The notes below the pieces were generated by a model, which saw nothing but the letters and a program-made list of their open reading frames with translations, had not been told where the DNA came from and ran no database searches. Below are positions 1-8,905 of a DNA stretch of 64,000 nucleotides, piece by piece. A program made the position numbers and the translations under genes. This DNA is from Bacilli bacterium (GTDB taxonomy: Bacteria; Bacillota_I; Bacilli_A; RFN20; CAG-826): the NCBI GenBank assembly GCA_050952725.1, contig JBMNLN010000001.1, positions 415,638-479,637 on the forward strand. The letters are read 5' to 3'. How positions within the stretch are numbered: position 1 is the first letter of the stretch; each line of letters opens with the position of its first letter.

Positions 1-320
1 CAGCACAAAAAATCTATCTATTATTAGGACGCGGAGAGAACGCTCAGGCGGAAGAGTACTTCATGAACACCATGGATAAAGAAATGCGGAAATTCATTGG
101 TAACGATTTAGCCCTCCCAACCCTTCGCGCTTATTTCTTGTATAGTGGACTCGTTTCCAAGTCGGTTTCAGAATGCGCTTTTGTCTTGGGACGCCTTAAA
201 AAAGCTCGTAGTCGCGAACAAAATGTTCATTTACGGGCCATTGAAGAGAAATTATTCAATGAAACACTTACTCGTGTTAAAGAAGCAAATCCCACTTGGG
301 AATTTGCCGATTTTGAATAA
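1..320 (+). CDS. 3' (C-terminal) fragment of an unknown protein; ORF open to the window start
   Basis: The reading frame of the 63..320 ORF stays open from nt 3 with no upstream stop, so the gene starts before the window. No recognisable domain. Confidence 0.4.
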   Translation, partial: AQKIYLLLGRGENAQAEEYFMNTMDKEMRKFIGNDLALPTLRAYFLYSGLVSKSVSECAFVLGRLKKARSREQNVHLRAIEEKLFNETLTRVKEANPTWEFADFE

Positions 321-462
321 AAAAACAGGTCGTCGATCTTTCAATCAACAGATTATTTTTTAAAAAATAACTCTGATAATTTTTGGTAAAAATTGCAAAA
401 AGTTTCTTTAATAGGAAAAATTAAATGAAAAAGCCAATAAAAAAGAGGATGAATCCGTATTT

Positions 463-1026
463 ATGATAGGAGCAGTGAGAAAAGAGACAAAAACTGAACT
501 TTTAATCGCTCTCCTTACCAAGATGCAAGCAGGTGACTTGTCCTCTTTTGATGAGTTTTTTGCATTGACGAAAAATCCTCTTTATTATTCGGTAATCGCC
601 GTTTTAAAAAATGAGACCGATACTGAAGATGTCATTCAAGAAGCTTATTTGCGCTTTTTAGAAAATCTTCCAAAAATCAATCCTAAACATAGCCCTCTCG
701 GCTATCTCCTGCGCATCGGCCGCAATCTAGCGATGGATGAGTTAAGAAATAGACAGAGAATCAATTACTTAAACGAAGAGGAAAATCCCGCCATCCTGAG
801 GATCGATGAAGAAAAAGTTGATGATGACTTTGCGCGTCTTCAGAAAAGAATGCGTGAAATTCTCCGTCCAGATGAGTACCAAATTGTCATTCTCCATGTT
901 CTGGAAGAACTTCCGCATCGCGAGGTCGCAAGAATTCTTGGGAAACCGCTTGGCACAATAACCTGGGCGTATAATAATGCGATTAAAAAACTTGAGAAAG
1001 GACTCCGTGATTATGTCGAAGATTGA
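463..1026 (+). CDS. ECF-type RNA polymerase sigma-70 family sigma factor
   Basis: 187 aa. Region 2-like segment (DVIQEAYLRFLENL ... LLRIGRNLAMDELRNR) and region 4 HTH (EYQIVILHVLEELPHREVARILGKPLGTITWAYNNAIKKL). Its end overlaps the next gene. Confidence 0.8.
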   Translation: MIGAVRKETKTELLIALLTKMQAGDLSSFDEFFALTKNPLYYSVIAVLKNETDTEDVIQEAYLRFLENLPKINPKHSPLGYLLRIGRNLAMDELRNRQRINYLNEEENPAILRIDEEKVDDDFARLQKRMREILRPDEYQIVILHVLEELPHREVARILGKPLGTITWAYNNAIKKLEKGLRDYVED

Positions 1027-2023
1027 TGATAAAAAAATCAAAGCTCTAATCAAAGAAAAACAAACTGATCCGAAAATCAATTTGACATCTGCGGAGATTT
1101 TAAAATTGCATAAAATTCGCCAAGAAGAAAAGAAAAAACGACAACTCTCCCAAAAGAAAAAGTCGCTTTGGCTCTTCCCCTCGAGTTTATTATTAGTGGC
1201 CTCGGCCGCAATTGCCGCGGTAATAATTATAAAACCTAATCAACCTGGATCATCTAGTAGTAGCGAAATCATTATTCCTCCCATTACCTATCAGGATAAA
1301 ATCCCCGGAGGTCAAAAAGGAGAATTCGCCTTTATGACCGCTTCCGCTTTAGCGTTTTCCGATACGGACAACATTCTTTTTAAGAAACCAGAAGTAATGT
1401 TTAACAACTCGAGTTCCATCGGTTCGATAGAGGATATTGAAACCACCCTCGATTATACGATGCCATTAATTGAGACCCTGACGGAGGTTAGTTCAGGTTT
1501 TAATTTTGAAGTGGAAGAAGGGGAATTTGAAGGGGAAATCAAGACATATGCCTATCGAATTCTTTTAACAGAAGAATTCTATATTTTATGCAATATGGAA
1601 TTTGAAGAAGATGAGGAAGAGACCGAAACCGAGATCGAAGGTGAACTTCATACCCCGAGTGCGTTCTATATGATTGAAGGCGAAAAAGAAGTGGATACCC
1701 TGACCCAGGAAACAGATTTAAGCATTAATGTTCATTTAAGTGAAAGTAAAATGATTGCTATTGAAAGCGAGCACGAGAATGACGAGCAAGAATTTATTTA
1801 TGAAATTTATGAAGATGATGAACTCGTCTTTTATTTAGAAATTGAAACCGAAGTTGAAGATGAACTCTTCTATATTTCAGTGTTAGTTGAACAAGACGGA
1901 GAAGAACTCGCTTTTATTGTCAAGGTTATCGATCAAGAGAATTATTATCTTGAAAGTGATCATTGGGTGATTACTGTCGAAGTCATTGGCCCTAAAACCT
2001 ATATTTATCATCGTGAAGAATAA
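1013..2023 (+). CDS. Anti-sigma-factor-like single-pass membrane protein with an acidic extracytoplasmic domain
   Basis: The in-frame ATG (MSKIDDKK) overlaps the sigma stop, suggesting translational coupling (the track start at 977 is further upstream). Lys-rich cytoplasmic N-terminus, one TM (LWLFPSSLLLVASAAIAAVIII), then a Glu/Asp-rich repetitive ectodomain. Confidence 0.45.
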   Translation: MSKIDDKKIKALIKEKQTDPKINLTSAEILKLHKIRQEEKKKRQLSQKKKSLWLFPSSLLLVASAAIAAVIIIKPNQPGSSSSSEIIIPPITYQDKIPGGQKGEFAFMTASALAFSDTDNILFKKPEVMFNNSSSIGSIEDIETTLDYTMPLIETLTEVSSGFNFEVEEGEFEGEIKTYAYRILLTEEFYILCNMEFEEDEEETETEIEGELHTPSAFYMIEGEKEVDTLTQETDLSINVHLSESKMIAIESEHENDEQEFIYEIYEDDELVFYLEIETEVEDELFYISVLVEQDGEELAFIVKVIDQENYYLESDHWVITVEVIGPKTYIYHREE

Positions 2024-2098
2024 AAAAATAAAAAAATCCAATAAAATCCTCCTGCTCCCCGTATTTATAGTGAAGGCAAAGAAAAGGAGGCCTAAAAA

Positions 2099-3064
2099 AT
2101 GAAAAAACAAATCACAACTCTCGGTATCACCTTCGCTGCAATCGCATTAGTCGGATGTAAGGGGGGGTCTAACAATCCTGTCGAAAATATCGACACCCTT
2201 GGCTTTGAAGCCGCAACTGCAATTTCTCTAATGACTGCTCCTAGTGGGGCCTTTGGACCTCAAGGAGCGATGAGGCGAGTTCCGTTATTCCTCAATGGAG
2301 GAAGTGAAGATTCAAGTGACACCACGGAAGTTAGCGATCCGAGTTCTCAACCGAATGATGTTACCGATCCATTCCTTGATCAATTGATTGTCCAACTTGA
2401 TTTTCTCTATTCTAATGGCAGTGGTTTTAAGAGCGAAACCAGTGAAAGCGATCGGGAAGATTATGCAAGGATGCAAACCATTTCGCTGACTGATGCGACG
2501 GGAAAAGAAGAAATTTACAAACTCTATTACAATGATGAAAAAGTTGAAATTGAAAACGATGATGACGATGATGATTCCGGATTAGATTATGAGATCAAAA
2601 CAAAAATCCGCGGAATTGCCATAGTCAATGATGTTGAATATCAATTTAAATCCAAAGTTGAAGTCGAAGTCGAAGCGGAAGATGATGAGTACGAAGAAGA
2701 AATGACTTTCCATCTCTTCCTTGATGATGATAACTATGTATTAGTCCAACAAGAAATCGAAATTGAAGCGGGTGAACGCGAAGAAGAATTCTTCTATCAA
2801 GTCGTCGTGGATGGAGAAACCGTCTATGAATATAATCTCGAAATTGAATTTGAAGACAATGACGAGGAAATGGAATTAGAAATTACGGTTAATGGCGACA
2901 CTTACAAACTTGAATACGAAGTTGATACAGGCGATAGCGACATCCTCGCCCATATCCAAGTTAAAGTTAATGGCGAATTAATTGCCACCTATGCGAAAGT
3001 GCTTGTGACTGACGCCGAAACTGGAGAAACCTCCATCGAATATCTCCTCATGGTCGAGGAATAA
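2099..3064 (+). CDS. Acidic lipoprotein, unknown function; its ectodomain resembles that of the anti-sigma-like protein
   Basis: Signal peptide plus lipobox (IALVGC), AAAGGAGG RBS, Glu/Asp-rich alternating hydrophobic-acidic repeats (YEYNLEIEFEDNDEEMELEITVNG). Confidence 0.6.
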   Translation: MKKQITTLGITFAAIALVGCKGGSNNPVENIDTLGFEAATAISLMTAPSGAFGPQGAMRRVPLFLNGGSEDSSDTTEVSDPSSQPNDVTDPFLDQLIVQLDFLYSNGSGFKSETSESDREDYARMQTISLTDATGKEEIYKLYYNDEKVEIENDDDDDDSGLDYEIKTKIRGIAIVNDVEYQFKSKVEVEVEAEDDEYEEEMTFHLFLDDDNYVLVQQEIEIEAGEREEEFFYQVVVDGETVYEYNLEIEFEDNDEEMELEITVNGDTYKLEYEVDTGDSDILAHIQVKVNGELIATYAKVLVTDAETGETSIEYLLMVEE

Positions 3065-3081
3065 AAGCCACATTAAATAAA

Positions 3082-3106
3082 AAGACCCCGGTCGGGTCTT
3101 TTTTTA
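3082..3106. terminator. Bidirectional rho-independent terminator between convergent genes
   Basis: AAGACCC-cggtc-GGGTCTT hairpin with an A-tract upstream and T7 downstream. Confidence 0.7.
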
Positions 3107-3155
3107 TATTAAAAGAACATTTAAGTAAAGATACGCCTTTTAATTTGAGGAAGAA

Positions 3156-3632
3156 TTATTTTTCTTTTTCTTTCAAGAGTTCGACGATTTCTTTTAATAA
3201 AATCGCTTCTTCACTGCTTTCAGGTTCTGGAGCTGGTTCTTCAACAACTTCCTCAACAACTTCTTCCGCCTTGACCTTATGTAATAAGGCTTCGCGAGCT
3301 TTAGCGGCTGCCATCGCTACTTTGATGATAATGAATAAGACCAGTGAAATAATTAAGAAGTCAATAATTGTTTGAATGAAATTACCATATCTTAAGATGA
3401 CTGCTTCTTGGATGACTTCACCTTCAACTTCACCAAGGACAGCGGGTTTAATCACCCAAACCCAGTCGGAAACATCTTTTCCGGCCACGGCCGAAATAAG
3501 GGGCATAATCAAGTCGGAGACTAATGAATTGACGATTGCCCGAAATGCCCCACCGATGATGATACCAACCGCCATATCAAGGACGTTACCTCGGGTGATG
3601 AATTCTTTAAATTCTCGAAAAAACTTTTTCAT
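3156..3632 (-). CDS. mscL: Large-conductance mechanosensitive channel MscL
   Basis: MKKFFREFKEFITRGNVLDMAVGIIIGGAF is the canonical MscL N-terminus. Two TM helices and an acidic C-terminal tail. Start trimmed from the track ORF to the conserved Met. Confidence 0.9.
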   Translation of the reverse strand: MKKFFREFKEFITRGNVLDMAVGIIIGGAFRAIVNSLVSDLIMPLISAVAGKDVSDWVWVIKPAVLGEVEGEVIQEAVILRYGNFIQTIIDFLIISLVLFIIIKVAMAAAKAREALLHKVKAEEVVEEVVEEPAPEPESSEEAILLKEIVELLKEKEK

Positions 3633-3731
3633 AATACAATCTACCTTTCTATTTTTTAATTGTATCACATTTATTAAACCCCAAAAGAATAAAGCCGTAG
3701 GAACCGAAGACTAAATAAAAAGCATCATTAA

Positions 3732-3760
3732 TTGAAGAAGCAATCATTTGTTGTTATAAT
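3732..3760 (+). promoter_or_regulatory. Sigma-A type promoter for degV
   Basis: TTGAAG, 17-nt spacer, TGtTATAAT (extended -10), about 25 nt before the AAGGAGAG RBS and ATG at 3786. Confidence 0.5.
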
Positions 3761-3785
3761 AACCCGGCAAGGAGAGCAAATGTTT

Positions 3786-4649
3786 ATGAGAAAAATTAAA
3801 TTTATCACCGATTCAACTTCGGATCTCACTCCTGAATTGTATCAACAATATGACATTGAAGTTTTACCTCTAAGCGTGATTTTAGATGGGACTGAATATC
3901 GCGATGGAGTAGACATTAACACCGATGAACTCAAGCTAAAAATTGAGGAAACAAAATCAATGCCAAAAACAGCGGCGATTTCACCAGGAGCATTTTTAGT
4001 TGCCTTTGAAAAATGGCTGGAACTTGGTTATGACATTATTTACATCGGAATTGGCTCAACTCTTTCTGCCACTTTCGCCAATGCAAATCTCGCTATTGAA
4101 GATATTGAGGTCGCCAAAGAGAGAATTCGCTTATTGGATTCCCGTAATTTATCAACCGGCATCAGCCTGACGCTTTTACATGGTATTGATTACGCTAAAA
4201 AAGGACATACCCTAGACGAAGTCGCGGCCGAAATGGAAAGAGTAATCCCTTTAGTCTTAGCGCAATTCGTCGTCGAAGATATGACTTATCTATATAAGGG
4301 CGGACGTTGCTCTGGACTTACTTATTTAATGGGAAAACTCGTGCGCGCGCGCCCATTTCTTCAAGTAATTAACGGTAAAATTGAAAATACTGCTGCTCCC
4401 AAAGGAAAAATGATCAAAGGTCTTAATCATCAATTAGATATCTTTATTCAGGATTATCAAGCTGGTATTTATCTTAATCGGGTTTTTGTCACTCATGCCC
4501 AAACCCCTGAAAGCGCGCAGTATTATATTGATGAAATTAAAAAAGTTGCCCCTGATGTGGAAATTGTTCTTACTCAAGCAGGATGCGTGATTTACTCGCA
4601 TTGTGGCCCAGGCGCAATAGGAATCTTGTACATCCGTAATCAAGTGTAA
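3786..4649 (+). CDS. DegV-family fatty-acid-binding protein
   Basis: Start MRKIKFITDSTSDL is typical of DegV/DUF194. Good RBS. The track ORF start at 3732 lies inside the promoter. Confidence 0.85.
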   Translation: MRKIKFITDSTSDLTPELYQQYDIEVLPLSVILDGTEYRDGVDINTDELKLKIEETKSMPKTAAISPGAFLVAFEKWLELGYDIIYIGIGSTLSATFANANLAIEDIEVAKERIRLLDSRNLSTGISLTLLHGIDYAKKGHTLDEVAAEMERVIPLVLAQFVVEDMTYLYKGGRCSGLTYLMGKLVRARPFLQVINGKIENTAAPKGKMIKGLNHQLDIFIQDYQAGIYLNRVFVTHAQTPESAQYYIDEIKKVAPDVEIVLTQAGCVIYSHCGPGAIGILYIRNQV

Positions 4650-4663
4650 AAAATATCAACTAA

Positions 4664-4711
4664 AAAAAGAAGGGAAATACGTGATTTATTATGTAAAAAT
4701 CCCTTCTTTTT
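4664..4711. terminator. Possible hairpin terminator between convergent degV and pmbA
   Basis: AAAAAGAAGGG ... CCCTTCTTTTT inverted repeat with a long (~25 nt) loop followed by T-rich sequence. Weak. Confidence 0.35.
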
Positions 4712-4735
4712 GTTTTAAAAAGTTAATTCAGATGA

Positions 4736-6061
4736 TTAGCTGGCCACCATTAGACCTTTAATTAAAATTGAAGGCGTACTTGTGGAAGAAAGCTGTAATT
4801 CAAGGTTGTTTCCTACCGCGACCACATCTTTAAAGACATCAAGGAGATTACCAGCGACAGTAATATGGGCGATGGGCTCGGCTAATTTGCCATTGCGAAT
4901 CGCAAAACCGCTTGCTTGGAGAGAGAAATTGCCACTAGTGGGATTTAATCCCGCGTGGAGCCCTTGGACCTCGGTGAGGTAAAAACCATCTTTTACTTTT
5001 TCAAAAAGCGCTTGTTCATCTAAACGACCAGGTTTTAAAACGAGGTTCGTGTAACCTGTGCCGATCTTTGAACCGCTTCCTTGGGCATTAGCGGTAGTTT
5101 CCACGCCTTCTTTAGCGGCGGTTGTTAAGTTATAAGCGTAGAGTTTTAAGACGCCTTTTTCGACAAAGGCTTTGTTATAAGTAGCGACCCCTTCAGCGTC
5201 AAAGTAGCTGTAGAAAATATTTTTGAGCAACGGCTTTTCTTCAATGGTTACTTTTTTGCTGGCGATTGGCGTATTTAATTTTCCCATAAAAAGCGAAGTG
5301 TTTTTCTGAACGTTTTCAGCGATAGCACTTTGCATATAAAAGTTGAGTAAACTCGCGGTCACTCGCGGGTTGATAACAGTTTTATAACGACCAGTCGGCA
5401 AAGGCTTGCCACCTAATTTTTCTAAAGCATTACTTAAAACTTCATCAACAAATTTGTCGATTGGGAATTCGGCAAAGTCATTATGCAAGAAAATGCGATA
5501 TCCCGTTTTGATTTCTTCGTCTTGTTTAACGACCACAGCAGCATAGATATAGAAGTAGTTATTGCGACTATGAAGATTTAGCCCATAAGAATTCATCAGC
5601 GCGTACTCCGAAAAAGATTCCTGATAAGTGACGCTGGAAACTTCGGTGACACGAGGGTCAGATGTTTTTAAGCGTTTTTCAATCTCAAATAGAAGAGCAA
5701 TTTTTTCATCAACGCTAACTTTTGCTAAATTCTTATCAAAAATATGTCGTTTTTGATATTTTGGTGAACCCGGAAAAATAATCGCTGGATCAACGTTTTC
5801 ATTAATTGTGGCACTGCTTGTAATTTTGTCGACTAAACCGACCAAACTTTGCTTATCGGTTTTTTCAGTACTAGCCGCGCCAAAGCGTTTTTGATAAATC
5901 CCGCGCGCGTTAACCACTTCTGAGTCATCAATCGAAAACCCAGTGACTTCAGAACGAAAGATTTCAATATTAAGAGAACGTGATTTAGTGCTTGAAAGTT
6001 CGCTTGCACTTAAACCGCGATTTTTGGCTTCTTCAAAGAAGGCGAGATATTTTTTCTTCAT
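4736..6061 (-). CDS. pmbA: PmbA/TldE-family metalloprotease partner
   Basis: 441 aa with PmbA_TldD-family features. 4-nt ATGA overlap with upstream tldD. Confidence 0.8.
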   Translation of the reverse strand: MKKKYLAFFEEAKNRGLSASELSSTKSRSLNIEIFRSEVTGFSIDDSEVVNARGIYQKRFGAASTEKTDKQSLVGLVDKITSSATINENVDPAIIFPGSPKYQKRHIFDKNLAKVSVDEKIALLFEIEKRLKTSDPRVTEVSSVTYQESFSEYALMNSYGLNLHSRNNYFYIYAAVVVKQDEEIKTGYRIFLHNDFAEFPIDKFVDEVLSNALEKLGGKPLPTGRYKTVINPRVTASLLNFYMQSAIAENVQKNTSLFMGKLNTPIASKKVTIEEKPLLKNIFYSYFDAEGVATYNKAFVEKGVLKLYAYNLTTAAKEGVETTANAQGSGSKIGTGYTNLVLKPGRLDEQALFEKVKDGFYLTEVQGLHAGLNPTSGNFSLQASGFAIRNGKLAEPIAHITVAGNLLDVFKDVVAVGNNLELQLSSTSTPSILIKGLMVAS

Positions 6062-7455
6062 TCTAATTTTCCTCCTCGTCCACCCACGGTAATTTCGCTC
6101 ACTAAAATGGTGGGTTGACCAACATCAGTCGGAATGTTTCCGGAAGCCGCCCCACACATTCCTTGGGATCGCCTCAAGTCGTTTCCAACCATCGTGATAT
6201 TCTTTAAAATTTCCGCTCCACTCCCAACTAAAGATGCTCCTTTAACCGGTTCGCAGACACGGCCATCACGGATAATGTAAGCTTCAGAACACGCAAAGTT
6301 AAATTCGCCGGTCGTCGGATTGACCGAACCGCCACCAAGCGATTTTGCATAGAGCCCGAGTTTAACGGAAGCGATAATTTCTTCGGGAGTCGATTTACCA
6401 TTAGCGATATAGGTATTGGTCATCCGACTCGTTGGTTCAAAGCGATAACTTTGTCTTCGGCTCGCGCCATTAGGCGCGGCGTTCATTCTCCGTCCGCTTA
6501 AAAGATCAATCATGTAATTTTGTAAAACGCCATCTTTAATTAAGACTTTCTTTTGGGAAGGAATACCTTCATCGTCAATGTTGATTGAACCCCAACCTTT
6601 TTCGATGGTGCCATCATCAATTGCGGTGACAACTGGGCTTGCGATTTGTTCGCCTAATTTACCTGCGAAGACCGATAACCCCTTCGAAACGCTCGAAGCT
6701 TCGAGTGAGTGTCCACAGGCTTCGTGGAAAATAACCCCACCAAAACCGTTGCCAATTACCACTGGCATCTTGCCGCTTGGACATTCTTTGGCGTTTAAAG
6801 TTCGCACAGCTTGCTCGGCAGTTTTTAAAGCGGTTTTCTTCGCGTCATGAATATCGGTAAAGAATTCCCAACCACCCATAGCACCAGGACCTTCGCCAGC
6901 TGTTTCCATGCCATTTGGACCAACCGCGATTGGCAGGAAGAACATTCTTAAACGTGGCCGGAGATCTTCAAATTGCCAACCATCAGAATTGAAGATGGTA
7001 ACTTTTTGTTCCGACTCGGCGAAAAAGACGCGGGCAATTTTAATCGATGGATCGTATTCCAACATTAAATTAGAACACTCTTTCATCAGGGCAATTTTTT
7101 CTTCCATGGGAACTTCCGCCAGCGGTTTTTCCGCAGGATAGTAATTGCGGCTGCGTTTTCTTTTGATTTTTTCGACAGTTTTCACGGGTGTTCCCACAAA
7201 GGAAGCTGAGAGTTGAGAAGCTAATTTCAATAAGCCCTTCTTTGAGAGATCATTCGTGGAACCGTAAACACTTTGAACGCCTTTGAGTAGGCGGATTCCC
7301 GCGCCATAAGTTAAAGCGCTATCGATTTCCTTGACTAACCCATTTTCGACTTGTAAAGCTAAAGTGGGCTTTTCTTCGAGGAAAATTTCGACAAAATCCG
7401 CTCCGGTCGTCAGACCGGCATTGAGCACTTGCAGAGCGAGATTTTTACTAATCAT
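6058..7455 (-). CDS. tldD: TldD-family zinc metalloprotease
   Basis: 465 aa, HExxxH motif (FHEACGHSLE), TldD-like N-terminus (LLxxGADFVEIFLE). Confidence 0.85.
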   Translation of the reverse strand: MISKNLALQVLNAGLTTGADFVEIFLEEKPTLALQVENGLVKEIDSALTYGAGIRLLKGVQSVYGSTNDLSKKGLLKLASQLSASFVGTPVKTVEKIKRKRSRNYYPAEKPLAEVPMEEKIALMKECSNLMLEYDPSIKIARVFFAESEQKVTIFNSDGWQFEDLRPRLRMFFLPIAVGPNGMETAGEGPGAMGGWEFFTDIHDAKKTALKTAEQAVRTLNAKECPSGKMPVVIGNGFGGVIFHEACGHSLEASSVSKGLSVFAGKLGEQIASPVVTAIDDGTIEKGWGSINIDDEGIPSQKKVLIKDGVLQNYMIDLLSGRRMNAAPNGASRRQSYRFEPTSRMTNTYIANGKSTPEEIIASVKLGLYAKSLGGGSVNPTTGEFNFACSEAYIIRDGRVCEPVKGASLVGSGAEILKNITMVGNDLRRSQGMCGAASGNIPTDVGQPTILVSEITVGGRGGKLE

Positions 7456-7562
7456 AGAACCTCCTTGAGTAATAAAAATTCAACAATGGTTATTTTATCA
7501 TAGTTTAATCGGCTTGAGACATCGATTTACCTGCTTTGGCAAAAATAAGGTAAAATAAAAAC

Positions 7563-8183
7563 ATGTTAAATCCCTCCTTAGACTTGTTAAGAGAAAGTCG
7601 CGAACATTTTACCAAGGTACGAAATTCTTTTGTTCAATCGGATATTAACTTCCTTCTTCGAAGAGAAAATTTTAAAGACCGGCTTCATGGTTTTTTAAAA
7701 CGCGATTATTATCAACGGGAAAAACTCTTTCGTGAGGGGCTAATTTTCTTCGCTTATACCTTTAAAAAATATCTGCCTCGTGCGAGTGAAGACGAATATT
7801 TTTTCACTTGGGCACTTTTTTCTTCGGAATTGATTTTTGAAAAAGAGCCGCACCTTTTAGGAGAAATTACTGAACGACTTTTAAGTGAATACAGCAACAA
7901 AAAACCTAAAGGTCGTGAAGAACGTCAAATTTATAATGCTTTACATGAAAAAATTTCAGAACCGCGTTATCTTCTCCTTCCTTTTGAATTGACTGAAGGA
8001 CATATGGTTTATCTGCAATTTATTGAAGGGTTCCCCGATCAAGTAATGAACTTTCAATTAGGGTATAACTTGATTATCGCCTTGCCTGGAAAGAGTAAAG
8101 AAGTTTTTTATCTCCCTAAACGTTATTGGTCAAAGAATTATAAAAAAAATTATGAGGAATCTCCTGAAACACCAAAAGAATAA
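7563..8183 (+). CDS. Hypothetical soluble protein
   Basis: 206-aa ORF with no recognisable motif and a Lys/Glu-rich tail. Overlaps the next ORF. Confidence 0.5.
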   Translation: MLNPSLDLLRESREHFTKVRNSFVQSDINFLLRRENFKDRLHGFLKRDYYQREKLFREGLIFFAYTFKKYLPRASEDEYFFTWALFSSELIFEKEPHLLGEITERLLSEYSNKKPKGREERQIYNALHEKISEPRYLLLPFELTEGHMVYLQFIEGFPDQVMNFQLGYNLIIALPGKSKEVFYLPKRYWSKNYKKNYEESPETPKE

Positions 8184-8682
8184 CATCATCGCAATCGCGA
8201 TTACTGAGGCAATTTCGCTTTTAATCTTGAGTATCTATCTCATCTTGCGACATTATTTTAAAACTGGCATCGGCAATACTTTTCGCATGATTTTTGCAGT
8301 CTTAACTTTAGGAATTTCTTTTGGTTCCTACTTAGTATTTTTCCTCTATAAAGGATTGAGAAAAAGCCAAAAAGAAAAGATGACGATTTTTGAATGGAAG
8401 AAGTATTATCGTGCGACCTTTATTGTGATTGCTATTTTTCTTTTGTTGTCAATAGGAGTTTATATTCTTGCTTGGAACTTTCCCCCCTATAACTACCCAC
8501 TTATAAAAGCTGCCTGCATTGTTTATGGGGTTATCATTATAATTGGCCTTTTATTATCCCCGCTTATTTATTTTACCATCATGGAACTGCTCGAACTTAA
8601 AAAGGATATTAATGAAACAATTGTTACTCGCAAAGAAGAACCACTTTGGCCAGAAGAAAGCGCAAAGAAAGAACTCGAATAA
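8152..8682 (+). CDS. Hypothetical integral membrane protein (about 4 TM helices)
   Basis: 176 aa with four hydrophobic segments, co-oriented with 7563..8183. Confidence 0.5.
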   Translation: MRNLLKHQKNNIIAIAITEAISLLILSIYLILRHYFKTGIGNTFRMIFAVLTLGISFGSYLVFFLYKGLRKSQKEKMTIFEWKKYYRATFIVIAIFLLLSIGVYILAWNFPPYNYPLIKAACIVYGVIIIIGLLLSPLIYFTIMELLELKKDINETIVTRKEEPLWPEESAKKELE

Positions 8683-8905
8683 TTACCAAACTTAATTAAA
8701 AGTAGTTTTTGTAATAATTCACCTGCAAAATCCCGATGTTTCTAGTTTAAATTTCTGTTTTTCTTTTTAAAAACTTATATTCCGCCTTAAATAGAAAAAA
8801 GTTTTATACTAAAGATAAGATACTCCCTAGAAAATATAACCTTATAAAACATCGACTGTCAGCAAGGCAAAACAGGAATAAACTTCTTAATTAAAGGAGG
8901 ACGAA

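Noticed and set aside
769-1080. Antisense or overlapping ORFs of 60 to 170 aa throughout the track (for example 769..1080-, 3145..3375+, 3376..3714+, 4782..4982+, 6578..6850+, 11101..11562-, 12018..12444-, 33194..33496-, 54976..55290+, 63711..63995-)
   Set aside because: They lie entirely inside longer ORFs with clear homology on the other strand or frame. They have no RBS and low-complexity or odd composition. They are shadow ORFs.
2551-2575. Homopolymeric codon run (DDDDDD, gatgatgacgatgatgat) as a repeat or mobile feature
   Set aside because: It lies in-frame inside the acidic lipoprotein ectodomain. It is a coding low-complexity region.
8683-8905. Inverted repeat AAAACTT-N20-AAGTTTT upstream of araB as an AraR-type operator
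   Set aside because: It is short and AT-only, with no similarity to known AraR or AraC boxes that I can recall. It is not distinguishable from background.
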